Assembly (NCBI GenBank): GCA_021613535.1
Contig: CP075493.1
Span: 8,246,001-8,310,000 of the forward strand
DNA length: 64,000 bases
Direction of reading: 5' to 3'
Origin: Adineta vaga
Lineage: Eukaryota; Animalia; Rotifera
The notes under the pieces were generated by a model. It made no database searches. It was not told where the DNA came from and saw nothing but the letters and a program-made list of their open reading frames with translations. Positions 52,880 through 64,000 of the stretch are shown here, piece by piece (position 1 is the stretch's first letter; every line of letters starts with the position of its first letter). A program made the translations under genes and the position numbers.

Positions 52880-53417
52880 TATCTTTTTCTTTCTAATACA
52901 AAGAAAACAAACAAACGAATATTACATAGAACAAGACTCAGGTTTGTTTGAAATCAAGGGCATTCTCTTTGCTTGCGACGCACTTTATATACAATTGTAA
53001 TTTGATAGAGAATGATCGGGGGTGTGTTTTTGTGATCGGTAAGTATAATAGGTTATATTCTTCTCATATGATGTACACGAAAAAAGTAAGAATGTCGTAC
53101 TTTATTTTATATAAGATTAATCTTTTGAAGAATACTATAAGTCTAATAGGAGATTAGGAAGAGAAAAAAAACCTGATCCTCCAGATTTGGAATTCATCTA
53201 TCATTTTGACAATAAATTATAAAACATATGTATCTACTATCTACACATCAATTCCTTTCTCATTTTCAAACTAAAAGCTTTATGAATACTTAACAAATAA
53301 TCTATTTTTAACATTTTCTTCAATTAAATCTGACACATTCATTACCAAAGATAAAAATGATTCTGTCTGTCATTCTCTCTAAGAACATCCCAACGGAATT
53401 ATGTCAACAGTTTTTCT

Positions 53418-53449
<32 letters not shown>

Positions 53450-53867
53450 TATCTATTTCTTGCAAACGAAAAAGAAATCGACTATCCAATACAAATTCAT
53501 TTTATTTTATTTATTGCTGCACTTGTACGTGCTTGAATAGAGAAGAAAAAACAGAAGTACAATTTTTTTGGCACTGGCATTTCCACAGATGAAATCCACC
53601 AATGTTGAGAGATATACCATTCGTCAACTAGCGCTACTATCGTTGAGATAAAAACTTTTGAGCAAAAATGAATTAATTTTTAATTTTTAATGATTTTTAT
53701 TAATAAGAAAATTTTTTTCATTTCTCAGAAACGTCTTTTTTATTTTAACCAATAAAATTCAAGATCTGTAGACATCCAATATAGTGGGTTTAAGAATGTT
53801 GATCATTTGCCGATTGTAATTTCTTCACTACATTTGTTTTATTTATAGATATTTATTAATATCCATC

Positions 53868-54526
<659 letters not shown>

Positions 54527-54775
54527 GCAATTGATGAGGATTTCTTTTTTTGTTTTCGCTAACTCGAAAGAAAAAAAACATCTGTTGAAATAACAAAACA
54601 AGAATAAAACGATAATATCTGGATGATTTTATTGATCTCTTTCTCTCTCTCTTTCTTAAAGTCTTTCAGAGTGACTTCACATTTTATTTTATTTTATTAT
54701 CCATAAAGAATAAATACAACTGATTATCGCAGATCAATTTGAAAAAATCATACACACAAAGAGAACATATTCATT

Positions 54776-55330
54776 TTATTTCTGTGCAAAATTATCTGCC
54801 ATTGTTTCTTTTATAACAATATATATATAAGTTTGTGAGCGATCTAATGTATTTAAATAGGCTTTCAAATCAGTTTGATTGCCAAGTAATTGTGGTCGAG
54901 ATAATTTTGAATCAAGATTATAAAAATTTTCTCCATCGAGACTTTTTATCGTTAGCCAATGTCGTGCAGGTTTTGTCCAGGAACGTACAAGTGGTAAACG
55001 ATCGAAAAATGCTCGATCAAGAGTAATATTTAATAATAAACCAAACGAATCTTTGAAATCAAATGTATCAAATGATTCATTGATATCAATTGCACGTAAA
55101 GTATAACCTTCTCGTTTTAACGCATCGAGAATAATTGTTAAATCATAATTACCTGTGAATAATGTTGAATATTCATTCCAACACCATGATTGATCATATT
55201 CATGTACAATTGAATCAAGCGTTTGCTTATTAAAATGATGTTTTTGAAAAAGATTATTCAATGAATGTAATGCACAGAGTTGAAGTTTTTGTCGTTCATG
55301 ATAAAAAGTCGGCTTCTCTGTACTCATCAT
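54776..55330 (-). CDS. Josephin-domain deubiquitinase (JOSD1/2-like)
   Basis: YHERQKLQLCALHSLNNL (catalytic Cys), RHWLTIK (His), YNLDSKL (Asp); intronless CDS. Confidence 0.93.
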   Translation of the reverse strand: MMSTEKPTFYHERQKLQLCALHSLNNLFQKHHFNKQTLDSIVHEYDQSWCWNEYSTLFTGNYDLTIILDALKREGYTLRAIDINESFDTFDFKDSFGLLLNITLDRAFFDRLPLVRSWTKPARHWLTIKSLDGENFYNLDSKLSRPQLLGNQTDLKAYLNTLDRSQTYIYIVIKETMADNFAQK

Positions 55331-56588
55331 GGAAATATAAAGGTAGGAAAGTAAGAATTATTATGCAGAAAATTTTGTATCACATGATCTAGAAAGAGAA
55401 ATAAACAGGAAATAGTTTCATATTGATTTAAGATAAAAATTAAAAGTAAATTAATATTTGCGTCAAAAGAAAATGTACCAATATAATTCATTGTAGAATA
55501 TCAATATGTCGGATGAATATCTAATTAATATATAATGACCTAATGTTGAATTGAAGGGTGATAAAATTTCGTTCGGTTTCATCTTCTTCTCAGTATATCT
55601 CGTTTAAGAAAAATTGAGCGAAAAACTATTTACTTCGTTATGAATTCTAATCTTTGAAAACGGATATTTACACTTATATAAATAAATAATTAATTAGATT
55701 ATTTATTGTACCGTTGTACATACCATATGATCACTTTTTTAATACGAGTATTCTATTGATCGTACTTTTAAATCCTTTTAAAGGTTTTATCAATATTTTC
55801 CTGTCACAATCGTAGTTAATTCTCGCACATCGATCAATTCAATAAAACTTTCTACACAAATATTTGCCTATACATGCGTAATATAAGAGAACATATGGTT
55901 TTCTATTGAAAATTTTCTACCTGTTATTCGTATTAATATGATGAAAGAAATTCAAGATTGTTATTGAATAAAGAAATGAAGATGACGAGCAAATTTTTTC
56001 ATCTCATCTCATCCCCAATCATGAACAATAATAGACAACGAATAGAAATCATCTAAGCTTTTTTTTACATCATAGACGACTACTGTCATCTATCACCAGC
56101 TACTCTCTTTTTCTGTAAAAAACTTTTTTCTACTTTTTTTCCTTTCCCTATTCCGTCAAAGATTCACACTTTTTGCAGGTAGTAAGGAATAACAAAAATC
56201 TTTTTTGTTTTATGATTTATTATCTCTTGTTACTTGAGAAAGACATGTTCTGCATATTATTGAGTTAATAACTCTGTTATTTTCTCTGACTTTCTTCCGT
56301 AATGAGCAAAGACAATCTGAAGAAGAAAAAAAAACTCTATTGACGTCAGTTTACTTGCTTTAATTTTCTCATATGATGACAAAACACTTCAAGACGCCAT
56401 TTTCATATAGACAACTGGCTTTTTTTCCACGGATATTAGTTTTTCTTCAACACAGAATAATATTTACAACATTTTATGCATTGACAGTAGCATAAAGAGA
56501 GATAGAGATGTTTACCATCGATCAAATTGATATTGATATTTAAATTTTATTTGCTTAAAACAGAATACTTCATTTGTCTCGTTTTAGA

Positions 56589-59500
56589 ATGAGTATCTGT
56601 CGACAAATTCGTATAGTTCTATGGAAGAATTTTACTGTTCGACGTCGACGTTGGGTTTGTTGAAGAATTTTGTCGATAAAAATTTCATCATTGTATTTTC
56701 AGGCTCGAGTAATATTTGAATTGATATGGCCGTTGTTTCTCTTTCTAATTTTAATGTGGATTCGAACGAGAAATTTAACATTCTATTATGATGCTTGTAA
56801 GAAATTTTTATCGAAGTTTTGATACTTTATTTCGAATCTATGTTTAGGTTACAATGATCCGAAATATCTTGGTTCAACAGGAATTCTTCCTGCAATACAA
56901 AGTTATATTTGTCAATGGAATAATACATGTTATAATCATTTGAAAACAAGTGATGAATTTCAAGACGATTCTTCGTACGTAGATTTTTCAATACAATAAA
57001 TCATTTTCTCTTGTTTTTCTTTGTTTCAAAAGATTTTGGAAACAATTTTCATCTTTAACCGAAAGTCTTTCACTAATTTTGAACGATGAAGAAGCAGGTA
57101 ATTTACTAAGTGATCTATTTATTCAATTAAATTTATTAAAAAATTCTTCAAACATGTGGAATGGTAAGAGTAGATATTTATCTTTTTATCAAATATTGAT
57201 TTAGTTATTTGTTTTTAAAAAAATCATAAAAGGTACTGTTTGGACAAATAAAAGCATGAATGATTTTAATCAAACAATTCCAAACAAAATAATTACAAAT
57301 CTTTTTGAAAATTCAGTAAATCTATCGAATCTTCATCAAGCATGGTTTATAAATAAAACAGAGAAGCATACATCAAATTTCAACGTAGCTATTGAAATAT
57401 ATTCTGCGCTATTATGGTCAAATTTTACCTATGTAAATCTGAATAACGAATGAAATCGTTTGAATGATTGTTTTTCTTCATTATTCTCTAGTCATATCAA
57501 TCGGCGACAAATATTAACACATCATTTTGTATTACAGATGAATTTCAACGAACTTTTCTAGTCAATCCATCACGATTGATAGAAACACGATATTTTCTAT
57601 GTAATAATTTAACAACAGTTGATTTAAAATCATTTTTAATTAGTGTACAGAAACAATTAGATGAAATCGCTATGGTAAAAGATATAAAAGAGTGTTTGAT
57701 CGAAAGTTTTTCGTTTTATTTAGGTGGATTTGCAACCATTAGCTTTTAGCTTTGCTACGCAAATGATTCAAGTAGTTGTTTTGGGTTTTCATGAGTTAGT
57801 GAATAGAATATTTCGAATTTTTAGATTACGAATACAGTAACACAACTTGGCACACGAATGGAAGCACTCAATATTAGCTTTGCATCCAACGACAGTAATA
57901 GTAATTTCAAGTAAGTTGAACATCGAGAAAAAAGAATGAAATATTTTTCTTAACAGAACGCATAGAATGTTATTATTTATAATTAGTACAACACAATCAG
58001 ATATTCTATTCATGTCTAATACTTTTCAGTTTTTGACGAGTATTTAAATTTTAGTTTGACATCTTTCTGTGGTGGTCGCAACGATCTTTCACGTTATTTC
58101 AATACTAATCCATCGTCAACTGTTCAAGGTAAACAAAGTAAATCAACTCAAAGCCGTGCATCAGCTGATGAATCATTAATATATTATAATTGGACAGTCT
58201 TAGCAAAAGATTTACTTTCGTATGGTGAATCTCGAATGTGTCAACAAGGCTATGTAACAGGTTCGGGAAATATCCTGCAAATCATGACAACAAATCGTAC
58301 CTGTCGTTGTGTTTTATTTGATCAAGTTTTCAATTCAAATAAAATCTTAAAACAATTTGCTAGATTGGTACGACCAATTCTTTACGGAAAAATTTATTAT
58401 CATCCATCAAATATTCACTATGATAATATTATAAAACGAATGAATCAAACATTCGAATCTCTTGACGATCTTATACGATTATTTCGTCATATACAATCAA
58501 CAATTCAACCAAGTAATGATATAATAATATCTTTCTGTAAACGAAATCTGACATCATCAAATCTATGTAAACAATTAGTAACATATGAAACATACATGAG
58601 TTTATTTACTGTTTTAACGGAATTTCTTGCATGTACAGAACGTAATCGTTTTATTCCAATGAATAGTGAATCGGAAATGGTACGTCAAGGAAAAAATAAT
58701 TCCATAACAAATACTTTTCTTGCTGCAATTAAATTTCTCGATGAAATTTCTGATAATGATACTTTACCAAAACATATACGATTTAAAATTCGAATGACAC
58801 CCGATTATGTTGATAATACATTTCGAACAGAAGATCGGTATGAAGTTTTTCGGGAGAAAAAAAACTAGATTTTAACAAGATTTGATTCTGTTTATGTAGA
58901 TATTTTTCATATGCACCACGTGTAACTGTTCCTTCTTCGACAAAATATCATTCCTATATGTTTATTTATTTACAAAATGCACTTGAACGTGCTATCATTA
59001 GCGTACAAACAGGTAGAGATGTTCCATATGGAATTCAAACTCAACAAATGCCTTATCCATGTTGGATTAATGATAAGTATGTTGAAAATTTTCATGTAGT
59101 TCTGTTCATTATTGATCAATTTTAGATTTGTCAATTCAATTAGTCGAATGTTACCTTTGTTTATGGTACTGAGTTGGATATTTACAGTATCAATGAATGT
59201 AAAAGATATTGTTCATGAAAAAGAAAAGTAAAGATCTATCTAAAAGAATGTTTTTTTCAAAAACAAATTCTTTTCTATTGTTAAAGGCGATTAAAAGAAA
59301 TTATGAGAATTATGGGTTTAAATGATTCTGTACATTGGCTTACATGGTTTATTCTTTGTACAACTGTGATGATGTTAATAGCTTTCTTACTTGTTTTACT
59401 TTTAAAGGTACGTAGAGATTATTAAAAATAACTATATATGTGTAGATATACAAAGTATAGTTAAATCATTTTTTTTCTTCTCTAGTTTGGCAAAATTACT

Positions 59501-62500
59501 CAGTTTTCAAATTTTTTTATATTAATCCTATTTTTTATCAGTTATACATTTGCTACAATTACTCAATGCTTTCTCATAAGTGTTTTTTTCAATCGTGCGA
59601 GTCTGGCCGCATGTGGTATGACATTTTCAATAGAAAGATCTTTCTAATTGAAATATTATTTTTCTTTCAGGAGCTGGAATTATTTATTTTCTACTCTATT
59701 TACCATATACGATCTTAATCAATTATGATACTCAAGTGAAAACATGGCAAAAAATACTCGCTGTAAGATTTTGATGGTTCTCAATTTGAGAAAGAATTAT
59801 ATATATATATGGTTTTTAGTGTCTTTCATCGACGGTTGCGTTTGGACTTGGTTGTGATTATATAGCACGTTTTGAAGGCACGGCAAAAGGTATTCAATGG
59901 TATAATCTTAATGAAGGTGTGAAACCAAATGATAATTTTACATTACTTTATTGTATTATTATGATGTGTATCGATGCGATTATCTATATGTTATTGGCAA
60001 TTTATATTGAAAATGTCTTTCCCGGTATGTACGAAGAGAGAACGAAGAACTCGAGTTGAATTTGAATTCTAGGTGAATATGGAATTCCACAAGTTTGGTA
60101 TTATCCATTTACAAAAACTTATTGGTTTGGTTTTGATGCGGAAAAAATTCGTCAACATACTGAAGAAATGAATTGTAAAGCCAATGAAAATCTCACTGGT
60201 TAGTTTTACCTTCTTGATTTAAATGATAAATTAAAACTAATTCGAAACATATGTTTAGATAATAGTGATGAAGGAGAAGTTGGCATTAGTATTGATAATC
60301 TATCGAAATATTATGGAAATAAAATGGCATTAAAAACTCTTTCAGTAAAGTTTTATCGCAATACGATTACGGCATTTCTTGGAAGAAATGGAGCTGGTAA
60401 AAGTACAACTTGGTCAATTCTAACAGGTTTAATTCCTCCATCGAGTGGAACAGCATATATCGATGGATTTAATATTTTAACTGATATAAAAATCGTACGA
60501 AAACGACTTGGTTTTGCTCCACAATATAATATTTTATTTGATTTGTTAACTGTTAGAGAACATTTAGAATTTTTCTCTGAGTAAGTTCAATAATTGATTT
60601 GAATGAAGAATAAGAAGTTTTGCCGTGATGATTTAGATTAAAAGATGCTCCAAAAGATTTGATCGCAGCTGAAGCGGATAAAATGCTATGTGATTTAGCA
60701 CTAGAAAATAAAGCAAAGAATTATTCAACTGAATTATCCGGTGGAATGAAGAGAAAACTTTCTGTTGCTATTGCTTTCATTGGAAATTCGACAACAGTTA
60801 TTTTAGATGAACCTACAGCAGGTATTTATTTGTCTATATAGTCTAAAACTTCGGTGCATTAGTGCCATCATTACAGTTCTTTTTCAATAAGAGAAAATGA
60901 TATTCATGTCGATGTTTTTTTTCATAGGTGTTGATCCATATGCTCGTCGAGCAATTTGGGATTTAGTATTAAAGTATAAAATTGGACGAACGATTGTTCT
61001 ATCGACACATCATCTTGATGAAGCTGATTTACTAAGTGATCGGTTAGCGATTATATCTTCCGGTGAATTACAATGTATTGGAACGACAATGTATTTAAAA
61101 CGAAAATATGGTGAAGGTTATAATTTAATTATTGAATTATCAACAACAATAAATGAAAATGGAGAAAAATATGACACTTTTCTCAATCCTATAACACAGA
61201 AAAATTCATCAATAAATTCAATGCGTTTTACGAAATTAACTCATTTTCTTCGAAATTATCTACATGATATAAATATTAAAGAACAACATGGTGATCAAAT
61301 AACCTATGTTTTATTAGATGATGCCGAACATACAAAAATATTTCCAACAATGCTTGCTGACTTAGATGTTAATAAAACGAAATATAATATAAAAAGTTAT
61401 GGTCTATCAAATAGTAGTCTTGAACAAGTTTTTCTCCGTGTAGCTGATGAAATAAAACGACCAGAAGATTATGAACGTACAACTTGGTGGAAGAAATTTT
61501 GTAATCGTTTCAAAAACTCCATTGAAAAATCTGAAGATGGTAAAAAGGAAACAATAGAACAGGAAAACAACGACCAACCATTAGAAATATCTACTGGAAT
61601 AAGTGGTAGGAGTTTTATTTCTTTCATAGAAACTGACTGATCTCGATACGTTTTTTCTCTCTAGACGAATGGAGTTCATATACAGATGATCGATATGTAG
61701 GCATTCATCGTGTATTAATACAAACGAAAGGTTTACTAATTAAACGATTTCATCGAACTAAACGTAATATTAAAGGATTAATTGCGGAAATACTTCTTCC
61801 GATCACTTTCATTTTACTTGCTATGTGTGTAACAAAACTAGCGCCAAATGAAACTGAACCACCACCACTGATTCTTCATCCATGGTATTGGAGTCAACCA
61901 ACTTATATGTTTCAATCATTATCACCTAATAATTCAGCAAGTCTATCAAATACAGTCCAACAAACTTTTACTCAATCACCATCACTAGGTACGCGTTGTA
62001 TGTCATCAACAATGTTAAATAAACGATTGTATCCATGCTCAAAATCGGACGTGGGTCGTATCAATGTAACATCGAGTTGGGAAGTAATGAATGCATTAAA
62101 GCAAGTCAATTATAATCAAACACGTATCTCGCCAGAATGTGATTGTTGGAAAAAAATGCAAACATGTCCAGTAGGTGCTGGTGGACCATCAGTAAATTTT
62201 GATAGAACCGAAACCAAAGATATTCTTTATGATTTGCAAGAATTTAATATAACAGATTGGTTAATAAAAACAGAATATAATCTTGAATATCTAATGAAAC
62301 GATTTGGTGGGTTTGAATTTTTGTCGTCATCTATGTCGAAAAGTATTGATCTTGTCAATGAAACATTGCTTAATCAATTAATAAATGTTACCAATGGAAA
62401 TAATCAATCATCAACAAATATCGATAGCAAGAAAATTGCTTCATTATTTCGAATCTATCCACCACAAGCTTCAGTAAGTAAATTCTTTTCTAGTAACCTA

Positions 62501-64000
62501 AGATGCTTCAACTTTGCTTTACAATAACATTCACTTGTATTTCTCTATAGGTCTGGTATAATAATAAAGGATGGTTATCAAGTGTTGCATTTCTAAATGT
62601 ATTCAACAATGCACTCTTACGAAGTATTCTTCTCAAAAACGATTCATTAAGCCCTATCCATGATTATGGTATAACAGCAATCAATCATCCATTGCCTCAA
62701 AATGATATTCAAATTGATAATGATTTACAAAGTCGTACTGTATTAGAACTTTTTACTGCAATATGTATTATCTTTGCACTAGCATTTATTCCTGCAAGTT
62801 TTCTTGTTTTTCTTATTGATGAACGTGTAACAACATCGAAACATTTACAATTTGTTAGTGGTGTCAAAGGTAAACATTTTCAAGCTTTAATTTGATCTAT
62901 AGAAAATCAATCTATTCTTTCTTTTTCTTTAGGTATGACCTATTGGTGTTCGAATTTTCTTTGGGATTTATCAAATTATACTATTTCAATTATATTTTGT
63001 CTGATCGTATTTCTTGCATTTAATATTGAAGCGTACGTGGCGAAAACAAACTTTCTCTGTCTTGTTCTACTTTTGCTTCTTTATGGTTTTGCAATTATTC
63101 CATTAATGTATCCAGTTAGTTATCTATTTGAAACACCATCAACAGGTTTTGTACTTATATCATGTATAAATATATTTATTGGTTTAATTACAACAATATC
63201 AACATATACATTGGACACATTCGATGATGAACCTGATCTTGTACGAATTAATAACATTTTAACAAAATTATTTTTGATTTTTCCACATTATTGTCTTGGT
63301 CGAGGCTTATTTGATCTGAGTAGAACACATGCAACCAATGTGTTCAGTGCTAAATACAGTTTGTTATAGAATTTACGAAGAAAAGTGTTTTTAGAGTAAA
63401 TGTTTCAATTTTAGTTTCAGGTTATGTTTGGATCTCACCACTTCAAATGAATATTGTCGGACGAAATCTATTTGCTTTATTTCTCGAAGGAATCATTTTT
63501 TTTCTATTGGCTATTCTTGTTCAATATCGATTTTTTATACCTGATCGGTAATGATAAATGTTTTTCCTTGTTGAAAGCATCATTCAATTCAATTCTTTAC
63601 ATGTTATTCATAGAGGTTGCATTCGTACATCGAAGAATTTAAAATCAACAAATGAAGATGAAGATGTTAGAATCGAAAGGGAACGAATCTATATGGATCG
63701 AAATAATACCACTAATGATGTTTTACGAATGGTAGATCTCGTAAAAGTAAAAACAAAGAATTCGAAATTAAAAAGATATTTCAATGTTTCTAAGTATAGA
63801 TATATGGAGGAGTGGTTGGTAAACAATTTACGGCTGTTAAACAAACTTGTGTTGGTGTAAAACAAGGTGAATGCTTTGGTCTATTAGGTATAAATGGTTC
63901 GGGTAAATCAACAACATTCAAAATGCTTACAGGAGAAATATCTATGACAGATGGAGATGCTTATGTGAATAATTATAGTGTTATTAAACAATTAGATCAC
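56589..64000 (+). CDS. ABC transporter subfamily A (ABCA1-like); 3' end lies outside the window
   Basis: [33 protein letters not shown]1 [10 protein letters not shown] / [10 protein letters not shown] / ILDEPTAG, second TMD, NBD2 Walker [12 protein letters not shown] near 63890. Confidence 0.95.

Overview
AT-rich, gene-dense animal genomic DNA with very short (mostly about 50-60 nt) GT-AG introns. Intron size and the F-box and WWE-ART families suggest a bdelloid rotifer (inference). The first ~24.5 kb holds a tandem array of five same-strand inhibitor-of-apoptosis genes (BIR-BIR-BIR-UBA-like-RING). TRMT11 sits between copies 1 and 2, and copies 2-5 are separated by transposon-littered spacers. 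The BIR-coding tracts are patchily homogenised between paralogues: copies 4/5 share a 538-bp and a 184-bp tract that look identical, and copies 2/3 share two near-identical tracts, while most of the remaining sequence is highly diverged. Inside the array is a dead WWE-ADP-ribosyltransferase gene hit by a 55-bp in-frame hAT mini-element and by a Helitron that itself carries a pogo/Tigger-like MITE. The rest of the window is mostly conserved genes: a nicotinic-type Cys-loop subunit with an anion-selective PA motif, a TRIM/RBCC gene, SDCCAG8, two identical tRNA-Trp genes flanking a TTAA MITE, an F-box gene, UPRT, TOMM40, SRRM1, SLC45, NT5C2, UBA52, Josephin and an ABCA transporter that runs off the end. 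All calls were made by eye, without database searches.
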